A program made the position numbers and the translations under genes. Below the pieces are notes generated by a model. That model was not told the DNA's origin. It made no database searches and saw only the letters and a list, made by a program, of their open reading frames with translations. DNA of 64,000 nt. Source: a virus. Of the stretch, positions 55,463 to 64,000 are shown one piece after another. Each line of letters opens with the position of its first letter. Position 1 is the first letter of the stretch. Location: IMG/VR virus record IMGVR_UViG_3300035698_015907; one strand, written 5' to 3'.

Positions 55463-56706
55463 TAGCTAACTTGTCCATTGTATGTTTGTATGTTAATAAG
55501 ATCTAAGTATGTAACATAACGAGGACGATCACCGATAGGTCCAACATAATTAGTCATACCAACAATCATATTTTTTCCCCAATATGAAACATCTTTATTA
55601 ACGAACATATCAGTGTTTTCACGCATTTCAAAATCTATAATATTTCCAACTTTATAATTAGAATTACCTGGTATTTTAACAGTTAAGAATTTCTGTTTCA
55701 TATCTGTAAACAAAGATTCAGTATATGGAGCAGTTGCGGCTCGAGTAGTATCAGGACGTCTGCTATCTTCTAATATTATATTTCCTGTGCCTGGCATTCC
55801 ATTATATGGATCAGTTACATATCCAGATGTTTGTCCAGGATTCAATGAAGTAGAAGAACCGTATTCTTGACGCTGTTTGCCATATTTAAGATCTGGCACC
55901 GAACCAACAGCAGTATGCATATCAAATTTGCTTGTACCAACACTAAATCCATGTCCTTTATCCATAGCATTTGATGAATTGTTGAAATACATTTCCATAA
56001 CATTATTCATTAAAGGAGAATTAAGATCTGAATTCATTTCATACTGAGATAAATTAGTTAAAGTTCCAACAGAAGAGCCTTTGATTAGATCATATACACT
56101 TTTAAAGAAAAATTCTTCTCCTCCGGATTCCCCAATTCCAGAATATGTTAAAAATCCATCATAGTTTTCATTTGATACAGCCATTCTTCTGAGATCCTCA
56201 ATATGTTTTAGAGGACTTTTCTGTGTCATAATTATTGGCTGATAATCACTTCCTTGCAAACCTTTTGTAATATCGATGTTCATTGGTATTTCCATACCGA
56301 GACCATCACTTAATACTCTATTAACCATATCAGAAACTTGAATATTCTTAAAAGATTTCTGAAAATTTGGTGTGAAATTGCTTGTTATAGCATGCTTAGA
56401 TATTAATTCAGACATGAGGTTTCTAGACCTCTGAGCATCATCTATTCCCATTTCTGATGTGTTATTCACAAGCATATTATCATAGCGGCGCTTGTTGCCA
56501 TTAGGTGTGCCAAATACTATTGATGATTTTTTAGAACCATCAAAATTCCCAGCCATACCTTCATATTGATTCAGTGCTACTCGTCCTAAAACAAAAGGAG
56601 AGAGTAGATGTTCTTTGAATACAATAGAAAAGAAATGTTGACTTACATCAGTGCCTTCAATATCAAGGTCACCAAATTCAACATCTCCAGGATTATGATT
56701 TGCCAC
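55462..56706 (-). CDS. Baseplate hub protein (gp27-like)
   Basis: Position between genes 53 and 5; F.FKS+, +.+PGNS...VG.+I. A GTG start at 56706 follows GGAGG. Confidence 0.6.
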   Translation of the reverse strand: MANHNPGDVEFGDLDIEGTDVSQHFFSIVFKEHLLSPFVLGRVALNQYEGMAGNFDGSKKSSIVFGTPNGNKRRYDNMLVNNTSEMGIDDAQRSRNLMSELISKHAITSNFTPNFQKSFKNIQVSDMVNRVLSDGLGMEIPMNIDITKGLQGSDYQPIIMTQKSPLKHIEDLRRMAVSNENYDGFLTYSGIGESGGEEFFFKSVYDLIKGSSVGTLTNLSQYEMNSDLNSPLMNNVMEMYFNNSSNAMDKGHGFSVGTSKFDMHTAVGSVPDLKYGKQRQEYGSSTSLNPGQTSGYVTDPYNGMPGTGNIILEDSRRPDTTRAATAPYTESLFTDMKQKFLTVKIPGNSNYKVGNIIDFEMRENTDMFVNKDVSYWGKNMIVGMTNYVGPIGDRPRYVTYLDLINIQTYNGQVS

Positions 56707-57598
56707 GTAGCTCGTCCTCCAAACGGTCTGCAACTTTTATCGCCATCGGGCCATCAACCGTTTTGATTATTCTATTAGCTTCATTTCTTTCTTTTTCAAT
56801 ATCATAGTATGTTACTGGAGTCCAATAAACATATTCTTCGTCACTAATATTTGTTATAGTCCAAGAATTAGCTTGTGTATTTGAAGAAGATAAATGAAGA
56901 GTGACATTAGCAGCTGGACCTGTTGAATCATATGATTGAATAATAACCCCATTGCTTAATTCACCGAGAACATTCTTAAGATGCAAATATGTATTACCAA
57001 CTGCTTCTACTTCAGCATTAGCAACAGTATCAGCTCCTGATTTTGCTATAACCAAGTCACCAGTAGAAAATGATGTATTAGATACTTGTACTTTCGTTAG
57101 TTTGTTCGTGTTAACAGACATAGAACTTTCTTTTCTATGAAAGTAGATAACTCGTCTGCTATCATCAGTGTATAATGGGTCCCAGTAACTAGAATGTGGT
57201 GTAGTATAATCACCGAACATAGCTTCAAAAGATGCTGGTTCTAGCTGACGATTATCATTATACCAATTAGATCTAAAATGAGAAATTTTTCTATTTGCAT
57301 ATTCTAATGTCCCATACTTCTTTAGTATGAGTTCATAAATTTGATTATCAGATAGATGCCAATCATAATATGGATCAATTACTCTATTAGCATAATATAG
57401 CATCCAAGTTAGATACTGATCATCATAAAGATTGTGTGCTACATTGTCAGCTCGCTCTTCTTCAGCAACTTCATATAATTGAAATGAATAAGGAAGATTT
57501 ATATATTTGTTAGCTAGCTTAGCTGATGTAGTTAGATTTCTAACTTGATAGCCATTATAACTTATCTTAGGAAATTGTTCGAAATATTTTTTTGCCAT
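56693..57598 (-). CDS. 53: Baseplate wedge protein gp53
   Basis: YF..FP.I.Y, ER.D.+A..LY, W.+...N.++DP..DW and E...NE..R.I. Confidence 0.9.
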   Translation of the reverse strand: MAKKYFEQFPKISYNGYQVRNLTTSAKLANKYINLPYSFQLYEVAEEERADNVAHNLYDDQYLTWMLYYANRVIDPYYDWHLSDNQIYELILKKYGTLEYANRKISHFRSNWYNDNRQLEPASFEAMFGDYTTPHSSYWDPLYTDDSRRVIYFHRKESSMSVNTNKLTKVQVSNTSFSTGDLVIAKSGADTVANAEVEAVGNTYLHLKNVLGELSNGVIIQSYDSTGPAANVTLHLSSSNTQANSWTITNISDEEYVYWTPVTYYDIEKERNEANRIIKTVDGPMAIKVADRLEDELRGKS

Positions 57599-57600
57599 TA

Positions 57601-58527
57601 TTATCCTTTGAGCTGGTTTATTAGCTCTGAATTTACTTTATCAGTAGCACTTTGAACAGCAGTTCCGAGTGAAAAATTAAATCCGGAACTACTTGTTCCG
57701 GCGCCAGGGCCGCTGTTCTCAAAATTGAATGATCCGGCGACATCGCCAGCAACAGAACCTTTTTGAAAATTGCTTCTAGTATTTAGAATAATTTCTACGA
57801 ATGATATATCAAGTTGCACGATTGTAGGAGCATTTGAACCGGCAAAAAATGATGGAACACCAGATGGAGCCCAATTCACTGTAACATTAGTTATAACTGC
57901 TGGTTGAAAGTAGTATAATTCACCATTAGCTCCTGTTTTAATTTTTATTAGAGCAATAGATGGATAATTAAAAAATGCGCCGCCCTGAGTTATATCAGGC
58001 AGAGCATTATATTTTATAGTATCAATAGCAGACTGTAAAATATTAGATTCAGAAGCATGACTAGGAGCTAATTTCCAAGAAAATTGATGAACCTTAAATT
58101 CTGGATGTTTAAACATCTGTGTTAAAACAGGATTAAGTGCTAAACCAGATTTCTGCAATAGATATGCAGCTAAATCACCTGTTGCTCCTCCACCAATTCC
58201 TGCTAATGAAGAAGATACTGCACTAGTAACACGAGCAAGCTGATTTGCTACTTGTGAACCAATATCTTTGTCCCCATCAAATGCATCAGCGCCAGCGCCG
58301 AGAAGACCCCCAACATTTTCTTGCTGCACCCATTTCAAATTTTGACTATCAATCATTCTAGCGGGAACAGGAAGATTTATACTACCAGAGCCGGGCGCAG
58401 CTCCACCTAATATTCCTGAAGCTGATTTAGTAAGATTTATTGTATTAGTATAAGGATCAGGTCTGCTGTAAGTAACAAAGTTTATACTGAAAAAATAATC
58501 TTCACTTAAATTTAGTGGAAAATGCAT
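57601..58527 (-). CDS. 48: Baseplate-tail tube junction protein gp48
   Basis: I.LP.P, NP....+F..P.F+...F.W.L.P, YP and L.+.F.E. Confidence 0.8.
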   Translation of the reverse strand: MHFPLNLSEDYFFSINFVTYSRPDPYTNTINLTKSASGILGGAAPGSGSINLPVPARMIDSQNLKWVQQENVGGLLGAGADAFDGDKDIGSQVANQLARVTSAVSSSLAGIGGGATGDLAAYLLQKSGLALNPVLTQMFKHPEFKVHQFSWKLAPSHASESNILQSAIDTIKYNALPDITQGGAFFNYPSIALIKIKTGANGELYYFQPAVITNVTVNWAPSGVPSFFAGSNAPTIVQLDISFVEIILNTRSNFQKGSVAGDVAGSFNFENSGPGAGTSSSGFNFSLGTAVQSATDKVNSELINQLKG

Positions 58528-58550
58528 TTTATTAAGAGCTCTCCGGGAAG

Positions 58551-58573
58551 CATAAATAGATTAGGTATTTATA
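58551..58573. promoter_or_regulatory. Face-to-face late promoters at the strand switch
   Basis: CATAAATA on plus (58551-58558) and TATAAATA on minus (58566-58573). Confidence 0.8.
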
Positions 58574-58583
58574 GGCAATTCTA

Positions 58584-59078
58584 ATGGCAGCTTCACACAA
58601 AGGTTCATTTAGACCCAAAAATAAAGATAAGTACAGAGGCAACTCTGAAAATATCACATACAGATCTGGTTGGGAACTATCGTGTATGATGAAATTTGAT
58701 AACAATCCTAATGTACTTGAATGGTCATCAGAGACTGTAGTTGTTCCTTATAGGTCTGAAGTTGATAGACTTATAGAACAAAGAACTGGACGTCGAAAAA
58801 TAGTACATAAATATTTTATTGATTTCTATGTTAAATTGAAACAAAAAGATGGTAAAACAGTTCAAAAGCTTATAGAAGTTAAACCATACGGTGAAACCAT
58901 TGAGCCTGATAGAAAAAGATATAAAGGCAGAAATGCAGCTCAGAGATATGCTACTGATGTTAAAAAGTGGCTAATCAACAAAGCTAAATGGACTGCTGCT
59001 AAAACTTTTGCAGCAAATCGTGGTATGGATTTCGAAATCTACACAGAGAAAAAGATATATGGACAGAAGGATAATTAA
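58584..59078 (+). CDS. 4: Head completion nuclease gp4
   Basis: G.F.PKN..KY.G, YRS.WE, W.SE...+PY, YF.DF, IEVKP and N.AKW.AA. Confidence 0.93.
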   Translation: MAASHKGSFRPKNKDKYRGNSENITYRSGWELSCMMKFDNNPNVLEWSSETVVVPYRSEVDRLIEQRTGRRKIVHKYFIDFYVKLKQKDGKTVQKLIEVKPYGETIEPDRKRYKGRNAAQRYATDVKKWLINKAKWTAAKTFAANRGMDFEIYTEKKIYGQKDN

Positions 59079-59775
59079 TAGCTTCGAAGAAGCTGTTAAG
59101 AAAACAGGTCAAAAAGCTTCTGAAGCTGGAGATTGGTTTCAGAATAAAATAGAAATGCTTAGGGGTAAAAACATAACTCCTGAGGATTCAGGCCCGTCTG
59201 AAAAAGGAAGATTTCCTAAAGACATGGAAAAAACTTTCATGTCTACTAAGATGAATGCGAGATCAATAGGCAGAATGATGATGTATGCTTATGATCCAAA
59301 AACAAAGCATCGTTTGCCATATTATGATATTCTTCCTCTAATTCTTATTGTTGATGCTGATGCAAGAGGCTTCTACGGTATCAACCTACATTACATTCCT
59401 CCTATGCTCAGGAAATTCTTATTAAATACTCTTAAATCTAATCTTATTGATGGCCCTTCAAATGGCACGAGATTATCTAGAGATGAGGTTAGAAGATTAA
59501 AATTTAATTATAGAGCTCTTAAAAGAATGTCTGAGTTTGCTATAATGAAACCGTGTTTTAAAAGATACTTATTTTCTAATGTAAGATCTAGCTTTATGTA
59601 TATAGCTCCTAGCGAATGGGATAAAACAATAATGCTTCCAACTGAGCGTTTTGTTAAAGCAACAAAACAGAAAGTTTTCCGGGATTCAATGGCGTCTACT
59701 GGACACAAAACTCAGAAAGGTCTTATAAAAGACGTCAAAACAACAAAATTCTTTAGAGGGTCTGACATTGAATAG
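59059..59775 (+). CDS. 2: DNA end protector gp2
   Basis: YDPK.K..LPYYD..PL, G+NLHY+P and KPC.KRYL. The ATG at 59059 is preferred over the track start. Confidence 0.92.
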   Translation: MDRRIINSFEEAVKKTGQKASEAGDWFQNKIEMLRGKNITPEDSGPSEKGRFPKDMEKTFMSTKMNARSIGRMMMYAYDPKTKHRLPYYDILPLILIVDADARGFYGINLHYIPPMLRKFLLNTLKSNLIDGPSNGTRLSRDEVRRLKFNYRALKRMSEFAIMKPCFKRYLFSNVRSSFMYIAPSEWDKTIMLPTERFVKATKQKVFRDSMASTGHKTQKGLIKDVKTTKFFRGSDIE

Positions 59776-60454
59776 TTTTGATGTAAATGAATTTCGTTCT
59801 GGTATATCTAACAACTATTATAGAAGCTCACACTTCAATATGGTAGTTGGTATACCAAATGGATTATTAAGTAATATAGAAAATGGACCTGCTAACGGTT
59901 TAACAAGTTCTTCTCAAAGAACTGTATTTGAAATTGAAACAACTAATCTTCCAGGTGTTGCATTCGGTACTGATGAAATAAGACTTCAGGGTTATGGACC
60001 ATTCACAAGAAAACCTTATGTTTCAATTTTTGATACTATAAACATAGTTGTAAGATCTGATACTGAAAATATTACATACGATTTTTTCCAGTCATGGATG
60101 AAATTAATATCAAATTATGATACTAGTACTGGTATTGCAGGCAGCTCTACTTCATTAGGAAGTGGTCGCAACTCTGGAATAGGAAGACCATACGAAGTAG
60201 CATATTCTAATGATTATACAGTTAATTCTATAATAAATGTTTACGATCCAACAAGTAATGAACCTTCTTTAGCAATAACATTATTAGATTGTTATCCTAT
60301 ACACGTTGGAACAATACCTTTAAATTGGGCTGATAATTCTATTGTTAAATTCCCTGTAACATTAACATTTACAGATTGGTACCAAAATAAAAACATAAGA
60401 GCTGCTAACAACGTAACTACAGAAAATAGCATCCCTTTCACCCCCATCTCATAA
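59768..60454 (+). CDS. 54: Baseplate tail tube initiator gp54-like protein
   Basis: gp19-like fold motifs LPG, FF..W, YP..+..+.L.W and VT..+..W; sits between genes 2 and 26. Confidence 0.75.
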   Translation: MNSFDVNEFRSGISNNYYRSSHFNMVVGIPNGLLSNIENGPANGLTSSSQRTVFEIETTNLPGVAFGTDEIRLQGYGPFTRKPYVSIFDTINIVVRSDTENITYDFFQSWMKLISNYDTSTGIAGSSTSLGSGRNSGIGRPYEVAYSNDYTVNSIINVYDPTSNEPSLAITLLDCYPIHVGTIPLNWADNSIVKFPVTLTFTDWYQNKNIRAANNVTTENSIPFTPIS

Positions 60455-60471
60455 GGAGATACTGATAAACT

Positions 60472-61182
60472 ATGCTACCTAAAGTGACCTATCCTCTTAC
60501 TGAACTTGAAATTGAATCAGTAGGAAAAATACACATGAGACCTATGTTAGTGAGAGAAGAAAAAATACTTCTTATGGCTAAACAGTCAGAAAATGATAAT
60601 GATATTTTTACCGCAATAAAACAGATTGTACAGAATTGTATTGTTACAGAAAATTTCAATATTAATACTTTACCAATTCATGAGCTTGAATATCTATTTG
60701 TTAAACTTAGAGTTCAATCAATGGGTAGCGAAGTAAAACTTACATACAAAGACTCAGAAGATAATGAAGAGTATAATTTTACTATTAATCTAGATGATAT
60801 TCATATTTTTTATCCTGAAAATATGCCAGACAGGAAAATCGATTTAGTCAATGGCATTGGCATACTAATGCAATATCCGCCAGCTTCATTATATGACAAT
60901 GAAAGATTTCTTTCACCTGATAGTATAACAGATATTTCTGAAGAGCTTATGCTTTCAAGCATAAATCAGATATATGATGAAGATGATGTTTACAAACCCT
61001 CAGAATATAAAAGAGATGAATTAGAAGAATTCTTTGAATCTATAGACAGTGAAGCTTTTAAGAAAATGCAAGTATTTCTAGCTAATGTTCCTCATATGAA
61101 ACATGTATTAAAATATACTAATAAGAATGGGACGGAAAGAAGTATAATGCTCCGCACGATAAATGATTTTTTTACCTTATAA
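60472..61182 (+). CDS. 26: Baseplate hub assembly protein gp26
   Basis: LPK+..P, RP.LV+EEK+LL+A, EYLF+.LR..S.G, M.YP and +.DFF. Confidence 0.92.
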   Translation: MLPKVTYPLTELEIESVGKIHMRPMLVREEKILLMAKQSENDNDIFTAIKQIVQNCIVTENFNINTLPIHELEYLFVKLRVQSMGSEVKLTYKDSEDNEEYNFTINLDDIHIFYPENMPDRKIDLVNGIGILMQYPPASLYDNERFLSPDSITDISEELMLSSINQIYDEDDVYKPSEYKRDELEEFFESIDSEAFKKMQVFLANVPHMKHVLKYTNKNGTERSIMLRTINDFFTL

Positions 61183-61331
61183 TGTCTCATGGTACTCTCG
61201 AGAATTACTATAAAACGATGTATGCTATGACTAAAAGAGGTCATAATGGAACGTGGCTAGAAGACCAATTAGTTTTTGAGAAAGATATATACGTAACAAT
61301 GCAGGTCGAAGAAAGTAAGAAACATGGTTAA
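61182..61331 (+). CDS. 51: Baseplate hub assembly catalyst gp51
   Basis: Manual translation MSHGTLENYYKTMYAM...LEDQLVFEKDIYV (49 aa), coupled to gene 26 by TAATG. Confidence 0.8.
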   Translation: MSHGTLENYYKTMYAMTKRGHNGTWLEDQLVFEKDIYVTMQVEESKKHG

Positions 61332-64000
61332 AATACCTAATCACCGTCCCAGTCTCGGAACTCTTGCAAAAAGAGTTGGAAAAAATCTAAAAGATCAAAC
61401 AGTATCTAACGTTAAGTCGCGTATACGCTATGCTTTGACTGGAGGAATAGGCAATAGTGGTATTGGTGATCTATTCAGACCAACAAGTGATGAACAAAAT
61501 GATTCATCTACTGGTTCATCATTTCTAGATAGTGTTTTAACTTCTGCGGTTAATAACATGTATATGGATGATTTAGTATTTGGTGATCCACAAACTTATG
61601 AACAGCTAGATCCCATGGAGGGAGAAACTGCACAAGTTATAAAGAGCATCGAAAGAAATATAGGTCTTTTGGATAGAAAGACTCGTGCTCTTGATAATGC
61701 TATTGCTAGCAATGCTCGTATATTAAAAGATAATCAAAATTCACTTAAGCAGACTCAGTCTATAGTACAAGATGCTATTCGTGAAATGTCTCATGACCGA
61801 TTTAAAAGAATCGAAAATGAGATGGAAATGAAAGTAGAATTAGAAGAGCAGATAAAGCGAGCGGTTGCTGATGAAGTCGCAAGACAGAATGAACTAAATA
61901 ATTCTTCACTACAAACACCTAGCGTATTAGATAATATGCTAAATGCGATATTCTCTTTAGGTAGTAATGCTGCTGTTGGCGCTGGAATAGGTGTAGCTGG
62001 AGGTGTAGCTGGCGCAGGATTAACTTCTGCAGGTAGAGCAGGAATAGCTGCTCTTGGAGGAGCGGGATCGTCACTTCTTAGATTATTAGGTCCAGTTGGC
62101 GTTGCAGCTGCAGTTCTTGCACCAACAGAAGTGGGCAATGCAGAACTACCTCAAGATACTTCTGGTTTGATAACAGATCCTAATGATCCGCGACTTAAGT
62201 CACCTAATAGCGGTAATGTAAATCCTCAACAGCAAGTAGATGCTGGTCAGATAAACTACGAAAATTTGATCAGTGATTTAGATAATTCTAGATTAACAGA
62301 ATCAGAAAATTTCTTAGGTGAATATCAAAGATTTGAGCTTTATGCTGATAGGTTTTTCGCTCATTCGCAGAATATAGGATTTGATGCTAGATCAGAACTT
62401 GATATGCAAGCAGGTGGGCCTATAAGAATTAGTTCTGGAACTAGTATTACACTATCAGCTCCTCTTATAGAGATAATAGGCAATCTAAAACTATCTAGTC
62501 TTGATGAAGCTGGATCTAGCGCTGGAGGTTCTGCGGGTGCTGGCGGATTTAAACGCGGTGCAGGAGGAGAAAAATTCTACCCAGGAAGCTTTGATCCTAA
62601 AACAGGTAGACCTATTGCTGGAATATCAGGCGGCGGTGGCGATACTGGGACGCTTATTGCAAGAGGTGAATCTGGTGCAGCAGGTTATAATGCTTATAAT
62701 ACTGGATCAGCAGGAAGAACAGGCAAGCCTTTAGATCTTGCCGGTATGACTATCGGTGAAATCATGCAGATGCAATCTTCTGGTAAAGTGTTTGCTGTTG
62801 GAAAATATCAGATAACAACTAATACTATGCGAGAAGCAGTGAAAGCGCTTGGTCTCGATCCTAATCAGAAATTCGATGCATCAATGCAAGAGAGAATTTA
62901 TAGAGATTATTTGATCGATGAAAGGCGACCTGCTATCAGAGATTATATAACAGGAAAAAGTAATGATATAAATGCTGCAACTCTTGCAATGTCACAAGAA
63001 TTTGCGGCTGTTGCAGATCCACACACAGGCAAAAGCCATTATGATGGTATAGCTGGAAACAGTTCATCTATATCTGCAACAGAAATGCAAAGTGCATTAG
63101 ACAGAGAAAAAGCTGCATATGATTCTAATATAAAATCTGGTATGAGTCCAGAAGAAGCTTGGTTAGGTATATCTGGCAAAGTAAATGAAATGAAAGAAGC
63201 TGGTTCTGATTCTGTTGCTGGTGGAACTAAGCGTGTTAGACAGCTTCAAGGAACTCACGCAAGAATAAGAAAGGGTGATTTAGATTCAAATTTTAGTAAT
63301 ACGCTAGAATTAACAGCACAAGAACTTTCTGAATCTACTGGCAGAAATATTGAATTTGAAGTAACATCTGGCGGTCAGAGGATGCATGGAGCACCCGGTG
63401 CAACTGGTACTCATGAGCACGATGATGGTATGGCAGGAGATTTTAATATGGTTGAAATCTTGCCAAATGGTGAGAAACGCGTTCTAGATCCAAGAAAAAA
63501 AGAAGACGCTGTTATTATTAACAAAGGCGTAGAAATTTTCGCCGGTAATGGTGGCAGATCAGCAGGTGCTCAATATATGGGTGATCCTACAAAGCTCCAC
63601 TTTGGTGTTTCTAGAAATAATCCTGCTGCATATGCAGGTTCTAAAGATTTTAAAGAATCATTTAATAGTGGCCGTGGAAACTACATTGAAGAAGCAAGCC
63701 AAAATGGTTGGAATCAAAGAGATGGCTATATAGATTTATATCAAAAAGAACAAAAAGCTAGAGAAGAAGCTGCGAGGGCTAGATCGGCACAAGCAACGGG
63801 TGCTAAAGAGAATACTGTTCCGGAAGGATATTTAGATAAAAACAATATTGTAACGGGAAATTCTGATAATAATATTGTTGAAATTTCAGTCGGTGATCCT
63901 AGCAAAAGCTCAGATGCATCAGAAGTTATAAAGAAAGAAATGGATAGACAAAAATCTGATTCAATGCTTGCTCCAGTAGAACAAGTTTCTGCTATGAAAA
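61324..64000 (+). CDS. Large baseplate hub/tape-measure-like protein with lysozyme-like and M15-like peptidase domains; runs off the window edge
   Basis: ATG at 61324, frame spot-checked. Coiled coil, then RGES..GYNAYN...MTIGEI...AVGKYQI...FD..MQE, then TSG.....H..G.A.D...H. Confidence 0.75.
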   Translation, partial: MVKIPNHRPSLGTLAKRVGKNLKDQTVSNVKSRIRYALTGGIGNSGIGDLFRPTSDEQNDSSTGSSFLDSVLTSAVNNMYMDDLVFGDPQTYEQLDPMEGETAQVIKSIERNIGLLDRKTRALDNAIASNARILKDNQNSLKQTQSIVQDAIREMSHDRFKRIENEMEMKVELEEQIKRAVADEVARQNELNNSSLQTPSVLDNMLNAIFSLGSNAAVGAGIGVAGGVAGAGLTSAGRAGIAALGGAGSSLLRLLGPVGVAAAVLAPTEVGNAELPQDTSGLITDPNDPRLKSPNSGNVNPQQQVDAGQINYENLISDLDNSRLTESENFLGEYQRFELYADRFFAHSQNIGFDARSELDMQAGGPIRISSGTSITLSAPLIEIIGNLKLSSLDEAGSSAGGSAGAGGFKRGAGGEKFYPGSFDPKTGRPIAGISGGGGDTGTLIARGESGAAGYNAYNTGSAGRTGKPLDLAGMTIGEIMQMQSSGKVFAVGKYQITTNTMREAVKALGLDPNQKFDASMQERIYRDYLIDERRPAIRDYITGKSNDINAATLAMSQEFAAVADPHTGKSHYDGIAGNSSSISATEMQSALDREKAAYDSNIKSGMSPEEAWLGISGKVNEMKEAGSDSVAGGTKRVRQLQGTHARIRKGDLDSNFSNTLELTAQELSESTGRNIEFEVTSGGQRMHGAPGATGTHEHDDGMAGDFNMVEILPNGEKRVLDPRKKEDAVIINKGVEIFAGNGGRSAGAQYMGDPTKLHFGVSRNNPAAYAGSKDFKESFNSGRGNYIEEASQNGWNQRDGYIDLYQKEQKAREEAARARSAQATGAKENTVPEGYLDKNNIVTGNSDNNIVEISVGDPSKSSDASEVIKKEMDRQKSDSMLAPVEQVSAMK

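Noticed and set aside
949-57140. Numerous short plus-strand ORFs antisense to structural genes (for example 11460-11945, 32824-33192, 54097-54471)
   Set aside because: They are shadows of minus-strand codon bias, with no SD sites, promoters or domains that I could recognise.
1-64000. tRNA genes, stop-codon reassignment, diversity-generating retroelement
   Set aside because: Intergenic gaps are short and show no cloverleaf. Core genes are full length in the standard code. No reverse transcriptase or adenine-variable repeat pair was seen.

Overview
This window is the morphogenesis region of a large T4-like myophage, about 64 kb, AT-rich, standard genetic code. The host cannot be determined from this window. 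The minus strand (58.5 kb to 1) carries, in transcription order: baseplate genes (48, 53, hub, a split gene 5, 25, 6, 7, 8), DUF4815/VrlC-like proteins, a fibre/adhesin cluster, neck genes 13-15, terminase genes 16/17, tail genes 18/19, portal 20, a 5-kb block of basic putative internal proteins, head genes 21/22/23, an RlpA-like gene, gene 3, uvsY, uvsW, 55, 47 and 46. The plus strand from 58.6 kb carries genes 4, 2, 54, 26, 51 and a large protein with lysozyme- and peptidase-like domains. The most striking element is a 340-aa intein in the large terminase (23608-24627). Its interior holds a complete HNH-NUMOD3 homing endonuclease gene in a different (+1) frame of the same strand, with its own Shine-Dalgarno site and ATG embedded in intein codons, while the intein frame stays open throughout. 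Other notable items are a miniature major-capsid paralog in the uvsY-uvsW operon, back-to-back consensus sigma70 promoters with one firing into a hairpin array, putative protease-processed internal polyproteins, and a gp5 spike that ends in a fibre/adhesin module. All calls come from motif recognition and synteny; no database search was run.
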